Assembly (NCBI RefSeq): GCF_017302315.1
Contig: NZ_JAFLDT010000005.1
Span: 13,815-77,814 of the forward strand
Origin: Zoogloea sp.
Lineage (GTDB): Bacteria; Pseudomonadota; Gammaproteobacteria; Burkholderiales; Rhodocyclaceae
Direction of reading: 5' to 3'
DNA length: 64,000 nucleotides
The position numbers were made by a program, and so were the translations under genes. The notes under the pieces were generated by a model. It was not told the origin of the DNA and searched no databases. It saw nothing but the letters and a program-made list of their open reading frames with translations. Positions within the stretch are counted from its first letter, which is position 1, and every line of letters begins with the position of its first letter. This document shows, piece after piece, positions 37,714 through 48,900 of the stretch.

Positions 37714-39756
37714 ATGCGACACCGCAGCACCCTCCGCGCCATTTACGAGCTGCTCAGCTCGATGCGCTTTGCCATCAGCCTGCTGACCCTTCTTGGCGTC
37801 GCCTCCATCATCGGGACGGTGGTCAAGCAGAACGAACCCTACAACAACTATCTCAACCAGTTCGGCCCGTTCTGGTTTCCGGTTTTCGAGAAGCTGGGCC
37901 TCTACTCGGTCTATAACTCGTTCTGGTTCCTCACCATACTGGGCTTTCTGGTGCTGTCCACAAGCGCCTGCATCCTGCGTCAGACCCGGCCGATGCTGCG
38001 GGACATGCGAGGTTTTCGGGAGCATGCCCGGGAAGCCTCCCTGTCGAGCTTTGCCCACCATGCGCGCTTTGCTCACAGCCTGCCGGTCGCACAGGCAAAG
38101 GAAGCCGTAGAAGCCTATCTCCGCAACAACGGGTTCTCGACCCGCATCAATGGGCGCGAGGACGGCATCCTGCTGGCAGCCAAGCAGGGGAGCTGGACCA
38201 GAATCGGCTACTTCCTGGCGCACGGGGCCATCGTGCTGATCTGCCTGGGCGGGCTCCTCGACGGCAACCTTCCCCTCAAGATCCAGATGGCCCTGGGTGG
38301 CAAGCAGGTCACCACCGGCAACCAGCTGATTTCCCGGATCCCCGATACAAGTCGGCTGGGCGTCGATAACTGGAGTTTCCGCGGCAACGTCTTCATTCCC
38401 GAAGGAAAGAGCGCCAATACCGCCGTACTCAACGTGCAGGATGGCATCCTGCTGCAGGATCTGCCCTTCACGGTCTCCCTGCGCAAATTCCATCTGGAGC
38501 ACTACGAGAGCGGCATGCCCAAGCGTTTTGCCAGCGACATCATCATCACCGAGAACGCCACCGGCAAGTCGGTGGAGAAGACCATCGAGGTAAACAAGCC
38601 CTTCGAGTTCGCCGGGGTGATGATGTATCAGGCCAGCTTCGAAGATGGGGGGTCGCGTCTACACCTGCTGGGCCATGATCTGCGCAGCGGTGGCGCGCCA
38701 CGCCCCTTGGCGACCGAGGCCGTGGTTGGCGAGGCCATGGCACTGAAAACCGCCGGGTTCGACTACACCCTGGAACTCGGCAGCTTCCGAGCCTTCAACA
38801 TTGAGAACATGGCTGCCGACAAGCCGGAGGCCGACACAGGCAACTTTGCCCGCCTCGAGAAGCACCTGGGCAGCGGCGCCCGCTCACCGACCGCCAAGGA
38901 TATGCAGAACGTCGGTCCGAGCATCCAGTTCAAGTTGCGTGATTCGGCCGGTCAGGCGCGGGAGTACCAGAACTTCATGCAGCCCATACGCCAGGACGGC
39001 GCCTGGTATCTGCTGACGGGAATGCGCGACAGCCCTTCGGCACCGTTCCGTTTCATGCGCATCCCCATGGATGATGACGGCCGGCCCGATAGCTGGTTCG
39101 CCATACGCCGGGTGATGCTGGATCCGACCCGCCACCCCGACATTGCAAGGCGCTTTACGGCCACGGCCCTGGGCGCCGACACGAGCCCCGATGTCCGGGC
39201 CCGCATGCAGGAAACCACTGCGAGTACCCTCGAACTGTTTGCCCGGGGTGGCTTCGAGAGTCTGGGCAAGTTCATCGAAAACACCATTCCCGAAACCGAG
39301 CGGGACAAGGCCGCCGACGTCTTCATCAAGATTCTCGAAGGTTCGGCCTGGGAGGCCTGGAAAATGGCCCGCGCGGATGCGGGCCTGCCGGCCCTGGTGC
39401 CGGCAGCGCAACACTCGCGGCTGCTGCGCGACACGTTGAACGCCACCAACGACAGCCTCCACTACGGCGCCCCGGTGTATTTCCAGCCGGTTGGCTTCGA
39501 CGAAGTACGCGCGACCGTGCTGCAGGTCACCCGCTCGCCCGGCAAGCCCATCGTTTATCTGGGCTCACTGCTCCTCGTGCTGGGCGTCTTCGCCATGCTG
39601 TACGTTCGCGAACGTCGCCTCTTTGTATTGATCAAAGACACCGGAGAGGCCTTGGTGGCCCTCAGCTCGAACCGCAAGTCGATGGATGTGGAAGAGCGCT
39701 TCAGACGCCACCGGGACGACCTCACCACCCTGCTCAATCCCTCCCCCCGCTCCTGA
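37714..39756 (+). CDS. resB: Cytochrome c biogenesis protein ResB/Ccs1 (System II)
   Basis: LSSMRFAISLL, GYFLAHGAIVLI, VNKPFEFAG, LQVTRSPG. Confidence 0.9.
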   Translation: MRHRSTLRAIYELLSSMRFAISLLTLLGVASIIGTVVKQNEPYNNYLNQFGPFWFPVFEKLGLYSVYNSFWFLTILGFLVLSTSACILRQTRPMLRDMRGFREHAREASLSSFAHHARFAHSLPVAQAKEAVEAYLRNNGFSTRINGREDGILLAAKQGSWTRIGYFLAHGAIVLICLGGLLDGNLPLKIQMALGGKQVTTGNQLISRIPDTSRLGVDNWSFRGNVFIPEGKSANTAVLNVQDGILLQDLPFTVSLRKFHLEHYESGMPKRFASDIIITENATGKSVEKTIEVNKPFEFAGVMMYQASFEDGGSRLHLLGHDLRSGGAPRPLATEAVVGEAMALKTAGFDYTLELGSFRAFNIENMAADKPEADTGNFARLEKHLGSGARSPTAKDMQNVGPSIQFKLRDSAGQAREYQNFMQPIRQDGAWYLLTGMRDSPSAPFRFMRIPMDDDGRPDSWFAIRRVMLDPTRHPDIARRFTATALGADTSPDVRARMQETTASTLELFARGGFESLGKFIENTIPETERDKAADVFIKILEGSAWEAWKMARADAGLPALVPAAQHSRLLRDTLNATNDSLHYGAPVYFQPVGFDEVRATVLQVTRSPGKPIVYLGSLLLVLGVFAMLYVRERRLFVLIKDTGEALVALSSNRKSMDVEERFRRHRDDLTTLLNPSPRS

Positions 39757-39770
39757 CCTGAGTTATCGCC

Positions 39771-40910
39771 ATGGAAATCGCCCAGAAGGAAAGTAGTCCG
39801 CTCCTGCGCCGCCTCAGCCCCGGCGACTGGCTCTATGCCCTTGCCCTCGCGGGTGGCGCCCTGTTTGCCCTGCGCCAGTATGGGGGCTTCATGGATGTCT
39901 ATGACAAGGCAATCCTGCTGTTCACCGTGCCGGGCCTTGCTGCCATGGGCTTTGCCTGGAAGCCCTTCCGGGCCTTCCTGGCGGCATCCACGGCCCTTGC
40001 CCTGGTCAGCATCGCCTTGTACCAGGGAGATCTGGCGCGGGCCGAGCAGGTGTTCTTCCTGAAGTATCTGATCTCCAGCCAGACGGCGATCATGTGGATG
40101 AGCGCCCTGTTCTTCATCGCCACCGGGGCCTTCTGCCTGGGCCTGGCGGCGCGCTCCGACTTTGCCGACGCCACTGGCTCGGCGCTCACCTGGTGCGCGG
40201 TGACCATGGGTACCACGGGCCTGATGGTGCGCTGGTACGAGAGCTATCTGATCGGGGCCGATGTGGGCCACATTCCCCTGAGCAACCTTTACGAAGTCTT
40301 CGTGCTCTTCGCCCTGATGACCGGCCTGCTCTACCTGTATTACGAAGGTCGCTACGCCACCCGCCGCATGGGGGCCTTCGTGCTGCTGGTGATCTCGGCT
40401 GCCGTGGCCTTCCTGCTGTGGTACACCTTCAGCCGCGAGGCGCAGGAGATCCAGCCCCTGATCCCGGCGCTGCAGAGCTACTGGATGAAGGTGCATGTGC
40501 CGGCCAACTTCATCGGCTATGGCGCCTTTGCCCTGGCGGCGATGGTTGGCGTAGCCGATCTGCTGGTGCGCAAGGGCATCCTGGCCAATCGCCTGCCCCC
40601 GGCCGAGGTGCTGGATGATGTGATGTACAAGGCCATTGCCATCGGCTTCGCCTTCTTCACCATCGCCACCATCCTGGGCGCCTTGTGGGCGGCCGAGGCC
40701 TGGGGCACCTACTGGCAGTGGGATCCGAAGGAAACATGGGCCTTTATCGTGTGGCTCAACTATGCCACCTGGCTGCATATCCGCCTGACCAAGGGTTTGC
40801 GCGGACCCATGTTGGCCTGGTGGGCCATCGCAGGCCTTGTGGTGACGGCCTTTGCCTTTGTCGGGGTCAATATGTTCCTGTCGGGCCTGCATTCCTACGG
40901 CTCACTCTAG
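39771..40910 (+). CDS. Cytochrome c biogenesis protein CcsA/ResC (System II heme lyase)
   Basis: HIPLSNLYE, LQSYWMKVHV, and the WWD domain WAAEAWGTYWQWDPKETW. Confidence 0.93.
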   Translation: MEIAQKESSPLLRRLSPGDWLYALALAGGALFALRQYGGFMDVYDKAILLFTVPGLAAMGFAWKPFRAFLAASTALALVSIALYQGDLARAEQVFFLKYLISSQTAIMWMSALFFIATGAFCLGLAARSDFADATGSALTWCAVTMGTTGLMVRWYESYLIGADVGHIPLSNLYEVFVLFALMTGLLYLYYEGRYATRRMGAFVLLVISAAVAFLLWYTFSREAQEIQPLIPALQSYWMKVHVPANFIGYGAFALAAMVGVADLLVRKGILANRLPPAEVLDDVMYKAIAIGFAFFTIATILGALWAAEAWGTYWQWDPKETWAFIVWLNYATWLHIRLTKGLRGPMLAWWAIAGLVVTAFAFVGVNMFLSGLHSYGSL

Positions 40911-40934
40911 CCCCTGCCCGACAGCGGGCAAGTG

Positions 40935-41768
40935 CTAGCGCACCGTGGATGCGGCCTTGCCCGCCTCCAGGCAGGCGATCTCCGCATCACTGAAGCCCGC
41001 CTTCCGGCGGGCTTCAACGTTGAGGGGGCGCGGAGGCCAGGGTGCATCAAACCGGGCCATGAGAACAAGGTAGGTGGCCTCGGGCGCCAGCCCGCGCTCG
41101 GCACAGAAATACCGGAACCATCGGTCACCCAGGGCCACATGACCGATTTCATCGCGCAGGATGATGTCGAGTACCGCGATGGTTTCGGTATCACCGATAC
41201 GCTTCAGGGCGCTGACGATGGGCGGTGTTGCATCCAGCCCGCGGGCTTCGAGCACCCGGGGCACCAGCGCCATGCGGGCCAGGGGATCGTCAGCGGTCTT
41301 GATCGCCATCTCCCACAGACCGTTGTGGGCCTGAAAGTCACCGTAGGCATGGCCAAGACCCCTCAGGCGAGCCTCGATGAGGGAAAAATGGTAGGCCTCC
41401 TCGGCAGCCACCCCAAGCCAGGCCCCGTAGTAATCGGCAGGCAGGCCGGAGAACCGGTAGGCACAATCAAGGGCAAGATTGATGGCATTGAACTCGATGT
41501 GCGCAATGGCGTGCAGCAAGGCTGCGTGCCCGCCCGGGGAGCCGGGGCGTCGCCGGGGCAACTCGGTGTGGGGGACCAGCTCGGGCCGTTCGGGTCGCCC
41601 GGGATTGAGCACGGGGGGCGGCAAGGCGCCGGCTTCGGGCAGGACGAGATAGCCGGCTTGCCAGTCAGCGAGGAGTGCATCCACCTGCGCGGCCTTCAGC
41701 GCCGGGCTGCAACTCATGAGTGCCTCCAGCGCCCGGGCCTGGAGATTCACGTGGGAAAAGTCCTGCAT
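40935..41768 (-). CDS. Ferritin-like domain protein (DUF455)
   Basis: LHAIAHIEFNAINLALD, EEAYHF, VPRVLEARGLDATP, DEIGHV. Confidence 0.88.
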   Translation of the reverse strand: MQDFSHVNLQARALEALMSCSPALKAAQVDALLADWQAGYLVLPEAGALPPPVLNPGRPERPELVPHTELPRRRPGSPGGHAALLHAIAHIEFNAINLALDCAYRFSGLPADYYGAWLGVAAEEAYHFSLIEARLRGLGHAYGDFQAHNGLWEMAIKTADDPLARMALVPRVLEARGLDATPPIVSALKRIGDTETIAVLDIILRDEIGHVALGDRWFRYFCAERGLAPEATYLVLMARFDAPWPPRPLNVEARRKAGFSDAEIACLEAGKAASTVR

Positions 41769-41875
41769 GGGGCCGGATGGTATCAGGCCCACCCGCCCGC
41801 CGGAAACAGACAAAAAAAGGCCGCAATCCGGAGATCGCGGCCCGAGAATGGCTTTTCTTTGCGTGCAGGCTAAGG

Positions 41876-42439
41876 TCAGGCAGCCTTGCGCTTGCTCGTG
41901 GCAGCAGGCTTGGCGATGACCGGCTTGACGGCATTCTTGAGGGCCACCACATTGGCTTCGGCGATGCCATTGATCTGGTCGCTGACCAGAGACACGCTTT
42001 CGAGGGCGGTGATTTGCGCAGCCAGACCATTGCGAATGGCTTCAAATACCGGACCAAAGCCTTCGGGCGCCTGCTCGGCCAGACGGTCGATGCCGGCCTG
42101 GACCTGCTGGGTGGCTTCGGCGGAAGCCTCCTTGATGGCGTCAAGCACCACGCTGCGGCTCTCGGCGAGAAGGTCATATTGCTTGCGAACGGTGTCCGCG
42201 ACGCGCTCAAGACCGGGCTGCCAATAGGTAGTCTGCCAGTTGCCGAGCTCCGCCGGATCCTTGATCTCGATGAGGGCCTGGGCTGCGGCAAGCGCCTCGC
42301 GGGTCGCCTCTGCGCCCGCTTCGAGCTGCAGACGGGTGATCTTCTCAACCTGAGTGGTCAGATTCCCGAAAAGGGAAAGACCGCTTTCCATGGCTGCTTC
42401 CTGATACGGGCCCCACTGAAACAAATTCTTTTCCGCCAT
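41876..42439 (-). CDS. phaP: Phasin family protein
   Basis: Ala/Glu-rich helical protein (VEKITRLQLEA...IKDPAEL..WQ..YWQP) with a Lys/Ala C-terminal tail. Confidence 0.75.
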   Translation of the reverse strand: MAEKNLFQWGPYQEAAMESGLSLFGNLTTQVEKITRLQLEAGAEATREALAAAQALIEIKDPAELGNWQTTYWQPGLERVADTVRKQYDLLAESRSVVLDAIKEASAEATQQVQAGIDRLAEQAPEGFGPVFEAIRNGLAAQITALESVSLVSDQINGIAEANVVALKNAVKPVIAKPAATSKRKAA

Positions 42440-42589
42440 CTGATTCACTCCTCGATTCATTCAGTCACAGGCATCACATAGTTGAAGGTGTCTCCTCCCC
42501 CCTTCCCTTGTGCTTTTGTTTGACGCCCCCAGCTGGCGCTGCGGAGAGCTTCTGGTTTGCCGCAACGCCATGGAACGTATGATGACAAG

Positions 42590-42607
42590 AATGCTGCAAG
42601 GCACAAA
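42590..42607. promoter_or_regulatory. Putative PhaR operator upstream of the phasin gene
   Basis: aatgctgcaaggcacaaa fits TG-N-TGC-N3-GCA. PhaR is the known phasin repressor. Confidence 0.5.
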
Positions 42608-42659
42608 TCCGGCCTTTCCCCCCCTCCTCCCCGGGAAAACCCGGATAGGGAAAGGGTAT

Positions 42660-43277
42660 TCATTCGGACTGACCCCCGGCCAGGACGACCATTCGCACAA
42701 GTTCGGCAAGGGAGTCGACACGCAGTTTCTCCATGACCCGGGAACGGTGCTGCTCGACGGTTTTCATGCTGATGCCAAGATCATCGGCGATCTGCTTGTT
42801 GAGGCGCCCGGCGACCATCCCTTCCATGACATCGCGCTCCCGCGCGGTCAGGCAGTCAAGACGGCCCTGGACGTCCGCCAGCCAGACCTTTTCGTTGCGC
42901 CGCCGGGCCGCCACCTGAACGGCCTCCTGGACGCGATCAAGGAGGTGCTGCTCATTGAAGGGCTTCTGCAGGAAATCGAAGGCGCCGTCCCGCATGGCCC
43001 GGGCCACCATGGGCACATCCCCGTGGGCGGAGACGAATATGATGGGGATGGCATTGCCCAGACGCATCAGGCGCTCCTGCAGCCCCACCCCGCTGAGGCC
43101 CGGCATGCGCACGTCCAGAACCAGACAATGGGCCTGCTCAAGTGCCTGGGGATCCGCAAGCATGTCAACGGCACTGGGAAAGTTGCGCACCGGGAGCCCG
43201 AGCGTCTCTACAAGCAAGCTGATGGATAACCGGACTGCATCATCATCATCCACAACACAAACCAGCGGGGTGTCCAT
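42660..43277 (-). CDS. FixJ/NodW-type response regulator (receiver plus LuxR HTH)
   Basis: VVDDDDAVR, VLDVRMPG, DFLQKP, LTARERDV...GRLNKQIADDLGIS.KTVE.HR. Confidence 0.93.
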   Translation of the reverse strand: MDTPLVCVVDDDDAVRLSISLLVETLGLPVRNFPSAVDMLADPQALEQAHCLVLDVRMPGLSGVGLQERLMRLGNAIPIIFVSAHGDVPMVARAMRDGAFDFLQKPFNEQHLLDRVQEAVQVAARRRNEKVWLADVQGRLDCLTARERDVMEGMVAGRLNKQIADDLGISMKTVEQHRSRVMEKLRVDSLAELVRMVVLAGGQSE

Positions 43278-43346
43278 GTCTGCCTCCTGTTTTTTTTGTT
43301 CACGCGCGCCGCACAACCTGTCTTCCTGCCCGGCTACGGGATGCGC

Positions 43347-45965
43347 TCACACCGCAACGACCGGCAGACAGAAGCTGAAGGTGGTACCCGACGATGTGCT
43401 GGATTCGACCCACATTCGCCCGCCATGGTTCTCGACGATGGTGCGGCAGATGGCGAGGCCCAGACCGACGCCATCGGGCTTGGTGGTGACAAAGGGGGCA
43501 AAGGGGTCGGCACGGACAACGTCGGCAAGCCCGCCGCCCCGGTCAATCACGCACACACCTACGGTGCCGTCGTCGAGCGGCCGGGTGCGGATCGTCAGCA
43601 CGCGCTCACGGGTACTCTCACCCATCGCCTCAATGCCGTTCTTCACCAGATTGCCGATGACCTGCTCGATCTGGACCTGGTCGGCCAAGACGGGGTGCAG
43701 AGGATCTGCCAGTTCGAGGACGAACTGGACCGAGTGGGCGCGGGCGTCGAATTCGGCAAAGCGCACCATGTCCCGAACGACCTCGTTCAGGGCCACGGGG
43801 GCCGTCACCAGCCCCCCCTTGCGGACAAAGCCGCGCACCCGGTGCACGATTTCGCCGGCGCGCAAGGCCTGTTCGGCAATCATTTTGAGGGGGCCGCGGA
43901 TAGCCTCGCTACCACTCTCGGGCTCTTCCAGGCGGCGCAGGGCCACGGCGCTGAAGTTGCGCAGGGCAGTGAGTGGCTGGTTGAGCTCGTGGGCCAGGGC
44001 CGATGCCATTTCCCCCACGTGGATCAGGCGCGCCGCATGGGCCAGCTCGCGCTGCTGCTGCTTTTCCCGTTCAACGCTGAGGTGCCGGTCGTGCACATCG
44101 CGCACGGTTCCGATCATGCGCGTGCTGCGTCCGTTGGCATCCCGCTCCATGATCTTGCCGCGCAGGGCAATCCAGCGATAGGAGCCGTCCTCCATGCGCA
44201 GCCGGAACTCGGTTTCGGTGATGGGGCGGGCGCCGGACAGATGGGCGGAAAACGCCGCAATCGCTCCTCGCAGATCGTCCGGATGGAGACGCGACGGCCA
44301 GATGTCGTTGCCACTCAGGGGGCGGTCCTCGGGGTAGCCGATGATGGTGGCAAACGACGCACTGACGTTGATCTCACCGGTTTCCACCGCCCAGTCCCAC
44401 AGGGCATCTCCATGCCCCTCCAGGGCAAACTGCCAGAGCCTTTCCGAGGCCCGCAGGGTTTCCATCAGGGAACGGGTTTCACTGATGTCCCGGTGCGTGC
44501 CGAGAATGCGCATCGGCGTGCCGTCCACATCCCGGGCCATGGCCTTGCCCCGGGCGGCGATCCAGCGGTACTGCCCGGTCTTGCAGCGCAACCGGAACTC
44601 CGCCTCGTAGATCGGCACCACACCATGGAGGTAGTCCTCCATCTTCCCGAGCACCCGGCTGCGGTCGTCCGGATGGATGAGTTCGCGCCACGCCAGACGA
44701 CGTGACTCGGCCGGCGTGTAACCAAGCATCTCGCCCCAGCGGGGCGAGCGATAGAAACTGCCGTCACGCACGTTCCAGTCCCATACGCCGTCCCCCGCCC
44801 CCTCAAGGGCAAACCGCCAACGTTCCTCGGCCTCTTCCAGACGGGCCACGGTCTCCCGGGCTTCGGTCACGTCCCGCACGATGAGAATCGCCAGGCTCAC
44901 ACCTCGTTGATTGACGTAGGACACCGTGGTCTCTGCGGCAAAGCGGGTACCGTCCTTGCGCACGTGGTCACCCGCCGGCAGGAAGGTGGGGCGCGTGACG
45001 AAGAGCCTGAGCAGGGCGAGGTCGTTGGTGATGAGGCTGGCGGCACGCTGGCCGAGAATCTCATCGCGGGTAAAGCGGTAGAGATCGGCTGCGGCAGGGT
45101 TGGCATCCACGATGCTGCCCTGGGTGTTGAGCAGCAGGATGGGAAAGGGCGCACCATCGAAAACCGTGCGGTAGCGCAGGTCACTCTCGAGCTGCACAGC
45201 GGCACTGCGGGTCCGTTCCGAAGCATCGCGCACGGTCAATACGGCGACCTCGCGGCAATTGCGGGTGCAATAGCGAATGCGTATCTCGACAGCAATGTGG
45301 CTTCCGTCGGCCCGGCGGTGGAAGCGTAGGGGGACGTAGTCGCGGTGCAGCCGCAGGAAGTCGCCGGCAATCGCAGAGCCCGCCACCAGATCGCCGACCG
45401 GACGGCCTTCCAGATCACGCACGGAATAGCCATAGAGTTGCGCGGCGCCGGGATTGCTGCGCAGGATGCGGAGGGTGCCGCAATCAACCATGAGCATGGC
45501 TTCGGCTGCCGCGTCGAAGATGTTCTCCACCTCCTCCCGCGCTTCGTGGGCGACCATGAGCGCCCGGCTCAGGGCCAGATCGGCACGCATCGACACCGAC
45601 TCATCGGTCCATACGGAGAGCCATTCGCCACGTGCCGCATCGAAGCGCCCACGTACCCGGAAGTAGCGCCCGTTTTCCCCTCCCCGGGTCAGGGTCAGAT
45701 CAAACTGACCTTCCGCCTTGCGCAACGCATCACGCAGCCGGCTCGTGGCTGCGACATCAAGGCAAGCGAGCCAGCCGGCGCCTTCGCGGGTGGCGGGCTC
45801 GAGGAGCTGGAACCACTCCCGATTGGCATCGCTCAGACCGGCGTCGACCGTCAAACAGGCGGCCGGAACGGGCAAGCCCGCAAGCGCGTCCGCCTGGCTC
45901 GCACCCCGGGCTTCGGTGGGCGGAGGAAAGATCAAGGGCGCCGGCACGACCGTTTCGCGCTTCAT
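43347..45965 (-). CDS. Cytoplasmic multi-PAS sensor histidine kinase (FixL/DctS-type kinase core)
   Basis: Several PAS/PAC repeats, H-box LAHELNQPL, N-box NLVKNGIEAM, G-boxes DRGGG and GVGLGLAIC. No membrane segment evident. Confidence 0.92.
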   Translation of the reverse strand: MKRETVVPAPLIFPPPTEARGASQADALAGLPVPAACLTVDAGLSDANREWFQLLEPATREGAGWLACLDVAATSRLRDALRKAEGQFDLTLTRGGENGRYFRVRGRFDAARGEWLSVWTDESVSMRADLALSRALMVAHEAREEVENIFDAAAEAMLMVDCGTLRILRSNPGAAQLYGYSVRDLEGRPVGDLVAGSAIAGDFLRLHRDYVPLRFHRRADGSHIAVEIRIRYCTRNCREVAVLTVRDASERTRSAAVQLESDLRYRTVFDGAPFPILLLNTQGSIVDANPAAADLYRFTRDEILGQRAASLITNDLALLRLFVTRPTFLPAGDHVRKDGTRFAAETTVSYVNQRGVSLAILIVRDVTEARETVARLEEAEERWRFALEGAGDGVWDWNVRDGSFYRSPRWGEMLGYTPAESRRLAWRELIHPDDRSRVLGKMEDYLHGVVPIYEAEFRLRCKTGQYRWIAARGKAMARDVDGTPMRILGTHRDISETRSLMETLRASERLWQFALEGHGDALWDWAVETGEINVSASFATIIGYPEDRPLSGNDIWPSRLHPDDLRGAIAAFSAHLSGARPITETEFRLRMEDGSYRWIALRGKIMERDANGRSTRMIGTVRDVHDRHLSVEREKQQQRELAHAARLIHVGEMASALAHELNQPLTALRNFSAVALRRLEEPESGSEAIRGPLKMIAEQALRAGEIVHRVRGFVRKGGLVTAPVALNEVVRDMVRFAEFDARAHSVQFVLELADPLHPVLADQVQIEQVIGNLVKNGIEAMGESTRERVLTIRTRPLDDGTVGVCVIDRGGGLADVVRADPFAPFVTTKPDGVGLGLAICRTIVENHGGRMWVESSTSSGTTFSFCLPVVAV

Positions 45966-45990
45966 GCTGGCCCTCCACAAACACCCATCG

Positions 45991-48900
45991 TCAGGCGGGG
46001 ACGATCAGGACAAACGTGGAATGCCCGTGGGCATGGCAGACGCGCAGGGACACCGGCCGATCCCCCAGCATGCCAGAGCTCGGCACCGGAGGGCCTTCGC
46101 CCGCACATCCTTCAACGCAGCTCAGACCAAGCCGCTCCAAGACGGACACCATGGGCACACCGGCCTGAAGGCCATCCAGATGCTCACGCCCCAGGTCGCC
46201 CACGCTGCGCACCAATGCCTCAGCCGCATCGAACTCGAGCAGCAGGGCGGCAGGGATGACGGTCAGGGCCTCACGCAGGAAAGCTTCGCGTTGGATCAGC
46301 ACGGCCTCCCTGCGCTTACGGTCGGTGATGTCGGTGCTCTTGGTGCACAGGCCGGCCACCACGCCGTCATGGGAGAGGAGTCCGAAGCGCAGCACGAGGA
46401 AGGTGTGCTCGCCATCCGGCAGCGTCATCGTCTCCTCGCTCTCGACACTCCGGCCGCTGGCCAGCACGGCGAGATCGCGTTCGCGGATCTGGCGGGCCAT
46501 GTCGTCAGGCAGGAGCTGAAAATCGGTACGGCCGATCAGATCTTCAGCCGTCGTGCGGAAATACTCCTTGAAGCGGGAATTGACATACTCGTAGCGCCCG
46601 AGCGTGTCCTTGACGGAGATGAGCGCAAAGGCGTTCTCCATGATGGCGGTCATGCGCTGCTCGCTGTTACGCAACTGGCACTGGGTCTCCAGGAGGTGGG
46701 TCTCATCAATGAGGGTGATGACGGCCCCTCCCCTTTCCGTGCTACGGGCAACGGCCCGTGGCGAGACCCGCAGCAGATAGTGGCGCAGGGCATCGCTGAC
46801 CTGACGCTCGAGCGGACGACCATCACGCACCACCTGCTCGATCAGGTCGGTATGGGCGTCGAGCTTCTGCTGGGCGAGGATGATCCGCACATGCTCACCC
46901 GTCGCACTGTCATTGAGTCCAAAATAGCGCGCCGCCACCTCATTGAAGCGCAGCACGCGCATCTGCTCGCTGACCACCAGCAGGCAGAAGCCAAAGCTGT
47001 TCTGGACGTTCTCGAGATCCGCATTGGCATCAGCCAGCTCGGCGGACTTGATCTGGAGTTCTTCGTTGACGGTGGTGAGTTCTTCGTTGGTGGACTGGAG
47101 CTCTTCGTTGGCGGCCTGGAGTTCCTCGTTGGCGGCCTGCAACTCTTCGTTGGAGGCCTGCAGTTCCTCGTTGAGCGCCTGGGTTTCCTCGTTGGAGGTT
47201 TCCAGTTCCTCGACCACGGTCTGGAGATGCTCGCGGGTGGCGATGAGCTCCTCTTCGAGATCCCGCGAGGCCAGATTGAGTTCGCCCGACGGTAGATCAT
47301 TGCCGGAAGGCTGCTCGACCACCGTCTCGAAGGACACGATGGCCGCGTCCCCGTCGGTTTCGACACTGACCGGCCACAGATGCATGCGTAGCTGCTGGGG
47401 CGCCACGCCGGGCACATCGAGGAGACGTGGGCGGCCACTGATCGCCCCCCCCTTCTGGCGAACCTGGTGCAGCAGGGTCTGCAACTCGGTGCGGAATTCC
47501 TTGCGGATGAGCCCGAGGAGGTTGAAGTCCGGACGCCCCGACGGAATGCCCAGGACCCGATTCACCTCGCCGAACACGTGCAGGATCTCGAAACTCTGAT
47601 TCACCAGCAGGCTGGGTGGGGCGTAGGCTTCGGCCAGGGTATGCAGCAGTACATCGGCCGGGTTGCGTCGCTCACGCTCGGGAGGACGGCTGCGCAGGGG
47701 CTGGCGCATGGGACCGAGGGGCGCCCGAGCGGCCAGACCGCTGCGGCGGAAGATCTTCCCGTCCCGATGCACGGTGTCGAACAGATCCTCGTGCTGGAAG
47801 ACGCTCTCCGACTTGCCCAGGAACAGCAGCCCGGCCGGCGCCAGCGCATAGTGGAAGGTGCCGAGGACACGCTCCTGAAGCGGATTCTGGAAGTAGATCA
47901 GGACGTTCCGGCAACTCACCAGATCCAGACGCACGAAGGGCGGATCCTGCACCAGATCCTGGCGGGCGAAAACCACCAGTTCACGCAGGGGCTTTACCAC
48001 TTCATAGGCGTCGCCGGCGGTGATGAAGTACTTCTGGACGATGGCGGCGTCCACTTCACCGAGGCTGGCGGCCGAATACACGCCGCGCCGGGCGATGGCC
48101 ATGGCGCTCATGTCGATGTCGGTGGCGAATATCTGGACCGTGTACTCGGAGAGCGCCGCGCCCAGATACTCGGAGATCAGGATGGCGATGGCGTAGGCTT
48201 CTTCGCCGGTGGCGCAGCCGGGTACCCAGACCCGGATCTCGTCACCGGGCCGCTTGACCGCCAGCCGCTCGCACATGGCTGCAGCCAGCGCATCAAACGC
48301 ATCCCTGTCGCGAAAGAAGGAGGTCACTGAAATCAGGATTTCCTTGCTTAGCTGGCCCAGCTCCTCGGGATTGCGCTCGGTGAGGTCGATGTAGTCCTGA
48401 AGGGACTCCACCCGGTTGGTGGCCATCCGCCGCAGGATGCGCCGCCACACGGTGTTCTCCTTGTAACCCGAGAAGTCGATGCGGGTGTAGCGCTGAACCC
48501 GGGTAAGAAGGGACTGGATGGTGCCCGGTGCGTCGCGCAGCTTTTCGGGTGGGTCCACCAAGCCCTGGGTGCGCACGATGAGGGCGATCTCCCGGGCGAT
48601 GGCGTCGGGGGTGAGCACCCAATCGACGCAATCGGTCTCGATGGCCGACTGGGGCATGCCGGCGTACTTGGCTGATGCCGGATCCTGGGCAAACACCAGG
48701 CCACCTCCAGCCTTGATTGCCCGAACCCCGCCCGCGCCGTCCGAGCCGGTGCCCGACAGGATCACGCCAATCACTTCCTCGCCCCGCTCGGCGGCGACGG
48801 AATAGAAAAAGCTATTGACGGAGGGCTTGGGAAGGACGTTGGGGATGGGCTCGATCAACTCGAAACGCCCGTCCCGATAGAGCAGATTGCGATTGGGCGG

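Noticed and set aside
37714-40910. System II cytochrome c maturation next to cytochrome c4 as something unusual
   Set aside because: The yihA / c4 / resB / ccsA arrangement is a common betaproteobacterial locus.
47065-47215. 21-bp tandem repeat as a VNTR or non-coding array
   Set aside because: It is in frame and encodes the NEELQ heptads, with variation concentrated at synonymous or conservative positions.
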